Positions 39,050 through 53,450 are shown, counted from the first letter of the whole stretch. The stretch: 62,612 bases of DNA, filler included, from Squatina squatina (GCA_031763465.1; 3 parts of 3 records of this genome joined end to end with filler, not necessarily neighbours in it); one strand, 5' to 3'. Program-made: numbers and translations. Notes: generated by a model from the letters alone, not told the origin.

Positions 39050-39197
39050 CCCGAATGCTCCAAAACCAAAGACAATGACAATGAAGTCCACAACATCAGC
39101 TAAGAACATCAACACGTAGACATCTGTTACTGCACTGTATTCCGGATGGATAATGTTGTAGAAGAAATGTTTGATTGGGATATATATTTGAAGCATT
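39050..39197 (-). CDS. PIEZO2: PIEZO2 exon
   Basis: 148 nt; MLQIYIPIKHFFYNIIHPEYSAVTDVYVLMFLADVVDFIVIVFGFGAFG; CAG/GTATGT. Confidence 0.94.
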
Positions 39198-41568
39198 CTG
39201 AAAAAGAATAAAACACAGAATGAAAGGCCACTGTTTCTGCTCATAGGTTATGTTGACAATTTGATTTTCAACTTATTATATGATCTTACAACGCTTCTTT
39301 AGAATAGTCTTTAGTATAGTCACCGTTCACGACCTCAGGGTGTTCCAAAGTGCTTTACAGCCAATGAAGTACTTTTGAAGTGAGGTCACTGTTGTAATGT
39401 AGGAATTGACAGTTATCTGTATCAAACTTATTTGCTTTCTCTGTGACTTAAAATCATGGTCGTCAAGGTTAATGGCCAGACTGAACTTGTTATCCTTTTA
39501 TCTGTAATTATCGACGTGCTGGAGTTTGCATCATGTAAAATTAGCTTGTTACAAAGGGCCATGTCTATTAACACTGTAAATTGAGACTAAAATACAGAAT
39601 AATTAGTATGTATCTATTGATTAAAAGGATATTTGATCATTTCTAATATTCATTTTACCTTTAAGAGCATTCCAATTAATTGTCAACGATTTTGTTAAAA
39701 GAGGAAAGCAGTTCTAGAGTATATCATGTTCACTAGAAAGGCATTGGCAACTAGTCAAACCAGAACATCTTCAGATGCATTTCCTCAATCTCAAAAACAA
39801 TTTCCCCATTATAGCTTCTATCTCTGATGCTGGCGCTACCTATCCCAAACCCACCCAAATTCAAGTAGCATAAAATGACCGTCAGACAATCATGCAGAAT
39901 AGATTATTTTTTTACACATCCAATAACATTTGAGTTCCTATTGAAATATTACCATAAAATTCATAGGAGTTGCACTCCCCTCTTCATCTTCCTCACTTCA
40001 GCATGTATCAATGGCAGTCAATTGTGGCTAAGGCAATATTGATACATCTAATCATGGCAAATCTGTATTATTTATTTAACTTTCAAAGTGCACAATCTGT
40101 CTAGCACAAATAGAGAGGGGCGGGGGTCACAAAACAAGGCGGAACTTGTAGCTGCCCATTCACAAAATTGTGGGAAATTCCAATATGGGTGGCAGTGGGT
40201 CCGGGATGGGGGTGGGGATGGGGGGGAAGCAGGTATNNNNNNNNNNNNNNNNNNNNNNNNNNNNNNNNNNNNNNNNNNNNNNNNNNNNNNNNNNNNNNNN
40301 NNNNNNNNNNNNNNNNNNNNNNNNNNNNNNNNNNNNGTATTGTACATAAATTATGGTTTTTGTTACAGCAGTGTGGTCTGGACACCTTTACAATATGGAA
40401 TGGATTCTTTAAAATTCCAATCAGTCCTCTCATTACAAGCTTCATCATGCCTATTCATAGAAGGAGAGAACAATTACTCATCCTAATGAATTTGTGGGGA
40501 ATTACAGCTGCCTTCATTATATTTCTTACTTTACTTGTAGATAACGCAGTCACTTATTGCAAGCATTATGAGTTTCTATTTGTTATTCGCATTGGCTGGC
40601 ACAACGCTCATTGCACGCGGACGGAAATGGTGTATTTTATGTGGTGCCGCACCCCATTAATCAACAGCACTGTTTTAGTAGTTGCGTTTTGGCGTTTGTG
40701 TGCATGTCTGGGGTTCTTACTGAGCTACCTTGGCAATCCTGCTGAGAAGAAGTTTAGGTTCTGTTGTGGGTTTAGTGAATGCTCCAATGCTCATCAATCG
40801 GTGATGATTGATTGCTGTTACTGGTCAGCCCTATTACTCTGGGAAAAATACCCAAAGATGAGGCTGATCTTTATTTTCAGGCCTCTATTATTTAAATTAC
40901 CCTGCCCTGAGGGGCTTGGTCAAGACAAAACAGCGTGTGGAAGTTCTGCCCTGCTGCACTACCAGCTGCGCAAAGGCGTTACAGAATATGTTTCCTTTTA
41001 TGTTTGTGATGAGTTTTTTTCTCATCAATGTGAGGATAACAGTACTGGAAAATGGAAATTGTTTCCCTCTTGTACTGAACATTAACATTAAGTGGTCCCA
41101 TATCAGACACAGCACTGGGAAAATGCACATTAGTGTCCCTCAGTTTGTCTCAACAATGAGATGTATCCTGAGCTCAGAATAATACCTCTTACTGCACCTA
41201 ATCTGATAGTTCCCTTTCCCAGAAAAAAAAAACTTCAGTATCACTTCTCCAAGCCAACTGGCAAGGCAGCAGCAATTAGTATTGAACTGAATTATAACCT
41301 ATTTTCAGCTGTGGATTCACATCCATTAGGAACTAGATTTGAAGCTTGTTTTATTTTAATTATTGGTGGAAGGAAAATTTCACCCATTTCCCTGGCCTGG
41401 ATTCAAACCCAAGACACTGAGATGAAAAAAAAAACACCATTCAAAAAAACTACAGCACCACTCTTTCTACAAATGTGTTGTGTCTTTAATAAAATGGCAG
41501 ATTTTGTATAACTAATGTGACATGCTGTATGGATGAACATTTGCTGAAATCAGAATTACATAACTTAC

Positions 41569-41704
41569 TTTGCAATGGCAATGGCTTTTGCCTTGATCAT
41601 TTGCTCCCTTAACTTTTCCAATAAAAGCTCCTTTTTATTCTTTGGTTGGACACTGAGTGACCCACTGCCTTTCCGGCTGCTACTGTTTCGGGTACTTATG
41701 CTGC
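41569..41704 (-). CDS. PIEZO2: PIEZO2 exon (intracellular loop)
   Basis: 136 nt; SISTRNSSSRKGSGSLSVQPKNKKELLLEKLREQMIKAKAIAIAK; CAG/GTAAGT; phase fits next exon. Confidence 0.88.
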
Positions 41705-41924
41705 CTGTATGAATATGAAAAAACAAAGCATTCACCTTGATTAAACAGTTTCTGAATGGTGCATCAAAGCTTGAGTTATGAAGATCAGTCATAACAAATT
41801 AGAATCATCAATATTTGCACAGTTAAATGACCATTGTATGATAAAAACCAAAAGGCATGTACTCCCACTAATACTGCTGATCAGATATTCTTGCTGGAGG
41901 ATATAACTAAGCCACTGAATAGCA

Positions 41925-42035
41925 GTTCCTACATTACAATAGTGACCACACTTCAAAAGTGCTTAATTGGCTGTAAAGCGCTTTGGGACGTCCTGAGGTT
42001 GTGAAAGGCGCTTTATAAATGCAAGTCTTCCTTTC
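41925..42035 (+). mobile_element. Deu-SINE 3' tail fragment
   Basis: ttcctacattacaatagtgaccacacttcaaaag..ggctgtaaagcgctttgggacgtcctgaggttgtgaaaggcgc. Confidence 0.7.
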
Positions 42036-42271
42036 TCTGTGTCTTTCAGTTCCAGGATTCAAAGTGACAGAGTAATTGGGTGTTTCCTTTGCTGTGATAT
42101 CTCACATTGAAGAAGAGATACCAGTGGACCATTTTGTGGTTAGTAGCAAAGTCAGCCACAAGCTGCCCATGACTATCGTCCATTTATTTAAATGGATGGA
42201 AATCTGTGGGCAGCTTGTGGCCTAATTTTAAATAGGTACCCCCAATGTGTGTTGAAGAATAAACTCTGGGC

Positions 42272-42371
42272 NNNNNNNNNNNNNNNNNNNNNNNNNNNNN
42301 NNNNNNNNNNNNNNNTTAATTAATTAANNNNNNNNNNNNNNNNNNNNNNNNNNNNNNNNNNNNNNNNNNNN
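42272..42371. other. Synthetic scaffold spacer (44N + TTAATTAATTAA + 44N)
   Basis: 12-mer at 42316-42327, same layout as 16254-16353. Confidence 0.95.
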
Positions 42372-44289
42372 CCGCCGTCTCAGGTGGACATAGCATATCA
42401 TTCAAATGATGGCACCTCCGTCAGTGCAGCACTCCCTCGGTACTGCACTGGAGTGGGCTCAATCCCTGACTATAAACCGGTCTTTAATCAGGTAAAAAGC
42501 AAAATGCTGCAGATGCTGGAAACAGTCAGCAGGTCAGGCGAAAAGACAAATTAATGTTTTGGGTGCAGGCCCCTTCAGAACTGAGAGCCGGTTTTCACAG
42601 CACTGCATTTCTACCCCAGCTGGCTGCAGCGACCACCGGTTCTGTTTGAATTTGTGTAGTCATATGTCCCCAAATTGCTAAGCAGTTCTTTAGGAGAGGG
42701 TTACTGCTGGCCTGGAGCTAGCTCTCTGTAGCACTGTGGTTATGCTGCCCTGTTATACTAATGTTCTGTTGACCCTTGTCTAATGATTTGCTTGTCCCAT
42801 TTCTTGTTTATGTACACAGAGCAGAGCCATCAGATTTCAGTGAGCAGTCGCTTTGCTGTGTGTTTATTTTGGAGGTGGGGTTGCAAAGGGCTGCAATTTC
42901 TAGCGGTTGGATTTTAAGATGAGTGTTTTTCATTTGGTCATTTTGTANNNNNNNNNNNNNNNNNNNNNNNNNNNNNNNNNNNNNNNNNNNNNNNNNNNNN
43001 NNNNNNNNNNNNNNNNNNNNNNNNNNNNNNNNNNNNNNNNNNNNNNNCTGCTGGAGAGCTCTTCTACACCTTACAAGATTATGAAGATGACAGGTGCATT
43101 GGGTCTTTTTGTTCTGTATAAACCCGGACATGGGGTCCTTTTGCTCCCTTTCTCCGTCTCTTTCTGCTGATGGAAGGGTTTGCAGACTGTTGGTAGCCAC
43201 TCCTAGTCTGCACTGCAGTGAGTATAATTCAATTGTGTGGTGAGCTCAGCTGCTGGTGCACTGATGTAATCCGGTGTCTTGTGGCCCATTACATTCTTGG
43301 CATTGTGTTCAGCATTATGTCGACTCACTGAATGAACTGCAGTGTGAGGGATGTGTGGTGTATGTCAGAACACTAAAGCTGCAGTCAGCCTACGGGCTTG
43401 ATTGGTCTGTTGCACTAAGTTGACTTTTACAGTTTAATATTTCCCGACTGAGACTTGTATATTTGCTGTCAATTTTAGTTTAAAATCCCCCTTAATTCTA
43501 ATTCTTTAAGTAGGATTAAGAAGCTTTGGAAGCAGAACTTTTTTTCTTGGTTTCTACTTACACTGAGCGAAGGTGGGAACTTGTCAGGACTACAGTCTAT
43601 GCAACCAAGTCTTCGTTCTATACAGTGACCCAGTTGAATGACTGACTGTCACTTCAGAAGTAGATTGATATTTCTGATGGAGAAATCGCTGCGGCACACA
43701 TCCATAACCTTAGTCCGTGCGTGACCGTGAAACTGATGGTGCGTTCAGGCAATGAATTGGCTTCAGGACTCTTGTTTTTGCGTCTCCTAGGAGGCGGTAG
43801 GGAGGGAAGATAGGCTGGCATGTGGGGATGAGATCCGACTAAAAATGGAACATGTACATATGGGCAGGACGGTCTTTTCTCATCCTGGCTGCATACCAAC
43901 AGTGTAGGGTTACATGTCCTTCATGTCTGGCCAATGAAATCTCATCATGCACACTTCTTTCCTTTGTGCTTTGAAAAGGCTGGTTTCTGTTCTGAGGCAC
44001 CCTGCCCTTTTATAATTTATAAAACCTCTGATGCAATTAGCAATGCTGAACATCAAAGATGAACAGACGGAGTAATTACCCAATTTGCATCGTCCAAATT
44101 GTGGGGGCACATACTGAGTGTCCATTGACAAGTGGAATAGAAATTTTGACAGGCAAAGCAACTGGCAAAGTTACAGGATAATCAGGCCTGACCCATTTTA
44201 TACCCCTGTGCCCTATTAGCACCGTTGTCTTACACCAAAGAGGAGGAAATTCAGCCTCCAGGATCAGTGATTCCTGCTACTGTGTATAG

Positions 44290-44511
44290 GGTCCTTATTC
44301 CCAATCCCCATCATATATCCAGGGTCATATTCTCAATCCCCATCATATATCCAGGGTCCTTATTCCCAATCCCCATCATATATCCAGGGTCCTTATTCCC
44401 CCATCATATATCCAGGATCCCCTATTCCCCCATCATATATCCAGGATCCCCAATTCCCCCCATCATATATCCAGGATCCCCAATTCCCCCCATCATATAT
44501 CCAGGGTCCCC
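44290..44511. repeat. ~30-bp minisatellite
   Basis: About 7 copies of ccccatcatatatccagg(g/a)tcc..attcc running into a gap. Confidence 0.9.
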
Positions 44512-45656
44512 NNNNNNNNNNNNNNNNNNNNNNNNNNNNNNNNNNNNNNNNNNNNNNNNNNNNNNNNNNNNNNNNNNNNNNNNNNNNNNNNNNNNNNNNN
44601 NNNNNNNNNNNACTTCCACGCTTTTGTACATTCTATACACCTCTACTTGTGAAGCCCAGGATCTCTTAAACCTTTTCAATTGCATTCTCGACCTGCCCTG
44701 ACACCTTCGATGATTTGTGCGCACACATGCCACCAGGTGGGTCTGTCCGTGCACCCGCTTTCGGTTTGTACCATTCAGGCAAGGTGCCGAGGGCATTGGT
44801 GAGACTGTACCTCAGAGAAAAGCTACAATTCACTTTCCTCAGTCTGCGAGTCACGAAGCCCCCTGATCAACAGTCCCACAATGTTCTTGCATATCTGAGG
44901 AGCGTTCAGGGGCACTTGAACCTCCTGCCCGCGGTGCAAGACTTTACGATGTTGCGCTGGAAATAATTCTGCAAACACTCGGAAGATCTGCAAACTGCAG
45001 ACAACGTTTCTGCCCAAATGGGAGTAAACTTCTATTTATTTACAACACGAGGGGTTACAATTAGCCACACTTTGTTCAACTTTGTACAACTTTGTACTAA
45101 CACAGTGGTCAGATGATGCGCATCTACATCAGAAACCTGTAACACTTCCCTCTTCACACTTGGTCGACAACAGCCTCTAGTGTTACCAAACAGCATAACA
45201 TAACACATGGAGCTTTGGTTTCTGAACAATACTGTTTCTCCAGCACATCTAGAGCGATGGTTATTGAGCATTACCAGGAAGAATCAGGAATGCTCACTTC
45301 TGCACTCCCTGCGCCAGTTTAGAGCAACATTGTCCAGGAGCAAACTGCCCACCTAAGCTCAGGCTATGGTACATCTGAGAGAGAAAAAGAAATGTGAGCG
45401 CAGAAGACTGCATAAGCTTTTAGCAATCGGAAGTTAGCCGAGCAAACATTTTCCTTTCTCCAATCAGCCTCACCTTCACAGTATGTCCCTCAATCCAAAA
45501 CTCTCGGCCCCATTTATACTGTTCATTTATACTGAGAACTCTTCAGCCAGGCCGAAACCTGAAGGTTTATTTTAAATAAAGCAAAGTGTATTGTAAACTG
45601 CACTGTAACTGGTCATTGCCCAGTGTAACCTATCACTTTGTGCGTTATCACTGTAG

Positions 45657-45755
<99 letters not shown>

Positions 45756-46272
45756 TAAGTGAGAGTGTTTGGCCAGCCTTCCCCCGACACTAATGGGGTG
45801 GGTAGCATTGGGTTGTCGTAATCTTGTGGCACTTGTTGGCACAGNNNNNNNNNNNNNNNNNNNNNNNNNNNNNNNNNNNNNNNNNNNNNNNNNNNNNNNN
45901 NNNNNNNNNNNNNNNNNNNNNNNNNNNNNNNNNNNNNNNNNNNNGCAGGCTGGGGCAGCGATCAGTTTGTGTTCTCTCTTCCCTCCCCCCACTGATTACA
46001 AACCAGCAACTACTGTTGAAATGTATGGTATATAAACACCAGATGAGGACAGCTCTGATGCTCCCCATGGTCAGTTAGCCCAGAGGCTGCTATCACCACC
46101 TGCGTGAAGATTGATCACTTGGCCAGGGCGCCAGAGGGTGACCTGTCCTTCTGGGTATACACCCCAGCAATAGCCTGTGCCTTCAGGAGATGAAGGGAGG
46201 GGGAGAAAAGCACTAAAGATGTCACGGAACCCAGGTGTAGCTTGAACTGTGAAATTTCAGTCCTCCGTGTAA

Positions 46273-46494
<222 letters not shown>

Positions 46495-47459
46495 TGATCG
46501 TTCTGCCGGGCCAGGGAGCAAAGGTTAAAGGTCTGGCTCCTTCCAGTTCTCAGTGGAGCTGCACATCTCTTAGCTGCAGATTTCCAGCTGATTTTATTTT
46601 AAATCCTTTTCTGATGTTCTTGTTCACTGTTTAGCATTTTTTTAAAAGATGCTCCATAAGTAGGTGAACTACCACAATCTTTCTCTGAAGCAACTCTTTA
46701 TTTAATTATTAAGAAGNNNNNNNNNNNNNNNNNNNNNNNNNNNNNNNNNNNNNNNNNNNNNNNNNNNNNNNNNNNNNNNNNNNNNNNNNNNNNNNNNNNN
46801 NNNNNNNNNNNNNNNNNNNNNNNNNNNNNNNNNNNNNNNNNNNNNNNNNNNNNNNNNNNNNNNNNNNNNNNNNNNNNNNNNNNNNNNNNNNNNNNNNNNN
46901 NNNNNNNNNNNNNNNNNNNNNNNNNNNNNNNNNNNNNNNNNNNNNNNNNNNNNNNNNNNNNNNNNNNNNNNNNNNNNNNNNNNNNNNNNNNNNNNNNNNN
47001 NNNNNNNNNNNNNNNNNNNNNNNNNNNNNNNNNNNNNNNNNNNNNNNNNNNNNNNNNNNNNNNNNNNNNNNNNNNNNNNNNNNNNNNNNNNNNNNNNNNN
47101 NNNNNNNNNNNNNNNNNNNNNNNNNNNNNNNNNNNNNNNNNNNNNNNNNNNNNNNNNNNNNNNNNNNNNNNNNNNNNNNNNNNNNNNNNNNNNNNNNNNN
47201 NNNNNNNNNNNNNNNNNNNNNNNNNNNNNNNNNNNNNNNNNNNNNNNNNNNNNNNNNNNNNNNNNNNNNNNNNNNNNNNNNNNNNNNNNNNNNNNNNNNN
47301 NNNNNNNNNNNNNNNNNNNNNNNNNNNNNNNNNNNNNNNNNNNNNNNNNNNNNNNNNNAACAATATTGGGTAAACCATTTAGGACTGAGATGAGGAGAAA
47401 TGTCTTCCCCCAGAGAGTGGTGGACCTGTGGAATTCTCTACCACAGAAGGCAGTTGTGC

Positions 47460-48045
47460 CTCTAACATAGTAAAACATCACAAAGCTCTTCACAGGAGCA
47501 TAATCAGGCCAAAACTGGCACCAAGCCGAAACAGCAGACTTTACGAAAGGCGGCCAAATGCTTGATCAACGATGAGGTTTTAAGGAGCGTCTTAAAAGAG
47601 AGAGAGGTGGAGAGGTTTAGGGAGGGAATTTCAGAGCTTACAGCCTAGATGGCTGAAGGCACGGACATCAACGGTGGGGCAAAGGTAGTGGGGGACGCAC
47701 AAGAGGCCAGAGTTGAAGGATTGCAGAGCTGGAGGCGGGTCGTACGGCTGAAGGAGGTCACAGAGATGGAGACGGATAAGAGCATGGAGGGATTTAAAAA
47801 GGAGAATGAGAATTTTTAAATTGAGATGGTGTTAGACCGGGAACCAGTGTAGGATCAGTGAGCACGGGGTGATGGGTGAACAGGACTTGGTGCGAGTTCG
47901 GGTACAGGCACAGAGTTTTGGATGATTTTAATTTTATGGAGGGTGGAAGATGGGATGCTAGCCAGGAGAGCATTGGAATAGTCAAGTCTAGAGGTAATAT
48001 AGGCATAGATGAGGATTCCAGCAGCAGATGAGCTGAGGCAGGTCA
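47460..48045 (-). mobile_element. L2 LINE 3' fragment
   Basis: Minus translation LIYAYITSRLDYSNALLASIPSSTLHKIKIIQNS (L2 SRLDY.N motif). Confidence 0.8.
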
Positions 48046-48396
48046 AAGACAAATACGAGCAATAAGTTTCCAATTTTCATTCGTAGCAAAGAGCATTGCA
48101 CTCCGGGGGTGAAAATTGGAGAATCAGGCAAACTGCACAACGGGTGCATGATCCTCTATGCCCAATATGCCAATGCTCTTTGTCAAGAGCAAGAAGTGTA
48201 AAATTAATCCAATCCAGGCTGCAGTCTGTCTGAAATGACTTAGAGACATAGCGCATTGTCTGCCATAGAGCAGTGGAGCAGGGGTCTCTGCTGGTTGGAA
48301 GGAAGGATGATCCCAAATCTTGGAGTCGGATGCGAGAGTGGTTCCATTCAGCCATGCTATTAACAGGCCAGCTCCTTCCCACTGTTCTGGAGTTGA

Positions 48397-48675
<279 letters not shown>

Positions 48676-51600
48676 TGGACAGCAGTGCTGATACCTGAAG
48701 GCAGTCACGGCCCCCCCCCGTGAACTTCGCAGTCTGTACGGAACTTCAAACTAGAGCGCCAAAACCAATTCTATGGTGAGGGGGGGGGGGAACACAAGCT
48801 GAGCGGTTTTACCAATAGGTTTCCACAGCTATCCACCCCCCACACCCCTCCCCCTTCTCTCTCCTCCCTGTCAATCTGTGCATGGGTTATAATTCCATTA
48901 CNNNNNNNNNNNNNNNNNNNNNNNNNNNNNNNNNNNNNNNNNNNNNNNNNNNNNNNNNNNNNNNNNNNNNNNNNNNNNNNNNNNNNNNNNNNNNNNNNNN
49001 NAATCTGTGCATGGGTTATAATTCCATTACTCTAATCCTGTTGTAGAATATAAATGTTTTTTTCTCTATGCAAATATTGGATAATCTTATCACTGATGTA
49101 ACACAGACCGGAGGTCAGTAACAGACCTTGCCTTAGGTCTTTTTAAAAGAAAAAAAAAATCATTCTCAGCCTTGTGCATTTCAGACACGGAATTCCTGCT
49201 TTTTTTTCTCGTTTTTGTACAAATTATGTTAATTTAGCTTGTCCTTGGAAATAAACCTAAAGTTTCCTTTAGCAGCTAGCAGCTATTGGAATCATGTATA
49301 AATTGTCAAGATGACTTGTAATTTTTGAGAATAACTTGACGGCTTTTATCATTGGCATGTTCTAGGAGATTATACAGGAGTTTGGGCTTCTTGTGGTCCT
49401 AAAGGTGTGTGGCTGAGCACTTTCTGAATTCTGTCTTCATAGTGCCTTTTTAATTTCCCTTTTTTTTTTGTTTAATATACCAACGCAGACCCTGGCTAAT
49501 AACTTATCTCTTGCTCCCGTTCACTTTGATAACTGCGAGCTGCGGTTAGTTCAGAGATGATGGGCAATTCACGCTGAGGAGCGATTGGCCTTCTGTCCCG
49601 TGGGTGGATGGTTGAAAGACTGGACACGGAGAATCCAGCAGCCTGTTTTTTGTACTCTGCTCACTCGCTGCAAAGCAGCCCTCTGTCCCCTTTGCTCTGT
49701 TCTGCAAGCTGGGGCTCGGATCGAGAGGCAGAGCAACTCTTGTGGATTACGCCTGTTCCATTTATAAGCCATGGGTGCCCTGGCAACTTAAACCCTTGGC
49801 AGCCCTGGAAGGGGTTGTGTAACTGATGCACGTTGAAGGTGGCAGATTAGTGCACAATGGGGCGACTCCTTGGCCTGCATCGGTAGTAAATTCCTGGGGT
49901 ATGGTCGCTGGGGCCACAAATAAAACTCTGTTGAGGAGTGGGGTAAGTACAGTAACCCTGACTTTCTCTCCACAGCCAATCGTATTCCTGCTGGTTTTTG
50001 CACCATTCAGTCCAGCTCATCACTCCAGCCAGACATGTATTTATATAAAACAGCAGTGGCTGTGCTGTACTAGGGGTGNNNNNNNNNNNNNNNNNNNNNN
50101 NNNNNNNNNNNNNNNNNNNNNNNNNNNNNNNNNNNNNNNNNNNNNNNNNNNNNNNNNNNNNNNNNNNNNNNNNNNNNNNNNNNNNNNNNNNNNNNNNNNN
50201 NNNNNNNNNNNNNNNNNNNNNNNNNNNNNNNNNNNNNNNNNNNNNNNNNNNNNNNNNNNNNNNNNNNNNNNNNNNNNNNNNNNNNNNNNNNNNNNNNNNN
50301 NNNNNNNNNNNNNNNNNNNNNNNNNNNNNNNNNNNNNNNNNNNNNNNNNNNNNNNNNNNNNNNNNNNNNNNNNNNNNNNNNNNNNNNNNNNNNNNNNNNN
50401 NNNNNNNNNNNNNNNNNNNNNNNNNNNNNNNNNNNNNNNNNNNNNNNNNNNNNNNNNNNNNNNNNNNNNNNNNNNNNNNNNNNNNNCCAACGTGACCGCC
50501 CCTACGATGGTTCGCAGGGCCACCCAGCGGTCAAATTCTGGCAGCCACGCAACTGCCAGCGTGGCCAATGCCTGGCAGTAGAGGCGCATCTTGCCATGGG
50601 AGGAGGGGGCAGGCAGGCTAGATGGGCACAGTCACCCCTATAACAAGCCGTGCCTTAGCCGAGTGCCCACCAGTGTTGGCAATGGGAGCTTGGGGGATGA
50701 GTGGACGTGCTTTCAACATAAAGGGAACGTGCAGGAACTTTGGGTAGAGAAATTGGGAGTGTAGGATAGATCGGTACCAGAATTTACCAGTCCTGGGAAA
50801 GAGGAATGTTTAGAGTTTTCACTCTATAAGTCTGGAGTCACTGTTATCAGCATCCACTACAAATAAGTTATAAGGTGGACATTAGTACCTCCAGGGTGTC
50901 GCTATGGACCTCTGACCCCATCAGGTCAGTTTTGCTAATGGTGGTATATGTGGTCTCTACACTGACGCAGGCTGACAGTTAGATCCTGAATAATGTTGAG
51001 AATGGCTCTAGGCATCAATTGAGAAGGCTAAGGATGGAGACCCAGAACCTTTTGCAGGTGCATCGACTGGTTGAAGAGCAGACTGGAACAGAAATTCCCG
51101 GATCCAAGCTGACGAGATAATTCACCAAACACAGCGGGAGGGGAGGGATGGGTCGCAATTCTGCAGTCAACAGCAGCCTGGATACACATTGAGATTGGCC
51201 CCAAAGCAAGACAGGTGGTAAATAAAGCTAGCCTCTGATCCATGTCCAGGACCCCAGTCCCCCCACCGCCCCCCTCCAATCTCCCTTGCAATGCCTGTAA
51301 GTGATGTAGCACATTGACATTAAAATGTATGTAATGAATTGTGAACGGCAGCTTGTCTGTTTGTGACTGTTTGCTTTCTGTTCAACGTTGCTGATGTGCC
51401 CAGCTGGAAGCACCATCTCTGTTAAGTACATGGGCAAGGAGGCATCTGGCTCAGCACCAGCACAGTCCAATATCCTGTGTGCACTCTTAAAAGATGGTCA
51501 GCACATCAGTTGTTTTAATGGGGAACCCAGTGCTGTGAGCTCTGTTGATTGAACAGAAGCTCGGTGGTGATTAAAAGCCCGAGCTGAATGGCGGGGGTGG

Positions 51601-52399
51601 GGTGGACATGATACCACATCGTAGTGTTCTCAAACATTGATAACCACTGTGTGGAACAAATCCGATGGCATCGGTTTTATCAGTGTGACGGGGACCCACT
51701 GGTTAAGTCTTGGTGGTTGAATCAGAATGCAAGTGTTGTGATGCACTGCATCTGCACCAGATCAGAACAGCTGAGCATTAAATCCAGGGACTGGGTCTGT
51801 TGGTTATGACCGTCCTTTCACCTCTGGGAGCTGGGTCCAGCCGGAACTGATGAACTGAAAGGATGCCATGTGACAACAGACATGGGACAATGTGATTCAC
51901 TGCATAAAACTACCCACAAATTGGCACTCGTTCAGAGACTTGCCAGGAGGATGCCTGGTATGGGAACATCGTGCAGTGGGAGGTGGTGGTCTCAGTGTGT
52001 CTGCAAGTGTTCTGTTCCCCAGCCTGTTACTCTTGTNNNNNNNNNNNNNNNNNNNNNNNNNNNNNNNNNNNNNNNNNNNNNNNNNNNNNNNNNNNNNNNN
52101 NNNNNNNNNNNNNNNNNNNNNNNNNNNNNNNNNNNNNNNNNNNNNNNNNNNNNNNNNNNNNNNNNNNNNNNNNNNNNNNNNNNNNNNNNNNNNNNNNNNN
52201 NNNNNNNNNNNNNNNNNNNNNNNNNNNNNNNNNNNNNNNNNNNNNNNNNNNNNNNNNNNNNNNNNNNNNNNNNNNNNNNNNNNNNNNNNNNNNNNNNNNN
52301 NNNNNNNNNNNNNNNNNNNNNNNNNNNNNNNNNNNNNNNNNNNNNNNNNNNNNNNNNNNNNNNNNNNNNNNNNNNNNNNNNNNNNNNNNNNNNNNNNNN

Positions 52400-52560
52400 T
52401 ACTTTATCCCGTGTTGTAGTGACAGACCTGTACCCACTGGCACTGTACCCCCTCGTTATACAGTGACAGACCTGTACCCACCAGTACTGTACCCCAGGGT
52501 TATACAGTGACAGACCTGCACCCACCAGTACTGTACCCCAGTGTTATGAAATGACAGACC
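52400..52560. repeat. 41-bp satellite
   Basis: About 4 copies of cagtgacagacctgtacccaccagtactgtacccc.gtgttata next to a gap. Confidence 0.85.
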
Positions 52561-53377
52561 CTCCCCACTTTGGTAAGACAGACTCATTGGACTGCTGGTG
52601 TTTTTGGAGTTTGACGATTAACATTATATGCCCATCAATACACTGAAACTGTAGTGGGGGATAAAAGGCATGGTTACACACAGTGACTGGAGAACAGTTC
52701 ATGGAATGCAGCACAGAGTCTAGTGCACACTGGAGAATGTGTACGGGGAGGAGGGGAGAATTCTTGGAGCTGATCCTGCCGACTGACTGGTCAGAGATCT
52801 CATCAAAGTCTGGTGACCCCAGCCATACTTTGGGGTCAGGGTGTGGGCAGTACTCGGCACCGGGAGGTTTGACTGCTGCAGCTTGATCTGATGTGGAGTT
52901 TTGGTTCCCACAGTCCAGTTACATATTTTAAAGTTTAATTTCCTTGTGAGTTTGTTTTTGCCTTACACTGGGAAAACTGCTAAGAAATTATGTGACGAGT
53001 TTGAGCTTTCCTCTGCACAGTCACCTGAACTATTGAACTGTGTGAAAGAGCATTCGGCACCTGGACCATTTGATTGTTTACTTTGTTTTGAATTGGTGTA
53101 TATCATAAGCCTTGCGGACATTTCATGTATATATTAAAAATTCAATGTTAAAATGGAAAGGCCTGTGTACTTATCCNNNNNNNNNNNNNNNNNNNNNNNN
53201 NNNNNNNNNNNNNNNNNNNNNNNNNNNNNNNNNNNNNNNNNNNNNNNNNNNNNNNNNNNNNNNNNNNNNNNNNNNNCCTTGATTCTCAATGCATTTGGTA
53301 GGTAGAAATTAACTGTGAATAATAAAATGCTGTGTATTCTTCATGAAGTGATCTGGCTCTTTCTTTCATTGGTGAGT

Positions 53378-53450
53378 GCCCGCTTCTCTCCTCGTTCTGT
53401 GCCCGCTTCTCTCCTCGTTCTGTGCCCGCTTCTCTCCTCGTTCTGTGCCC
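53378..53450. repeat. 23-bp tandem repeat
   Basis: tgcccgcttctctcctcgttctg x3. Confidence 0.9.

Noticed and set aside
40168-41085. 305-aa ORF
   Set aside because: Spans an N gap, antisense in a PIEZO2 intron, no recognisable protein features
44290-44511. CRISPR-like array
   Set aside because: Head-to-tail minisatellite with no unique spacers and no cas genes; vertebrate DNA
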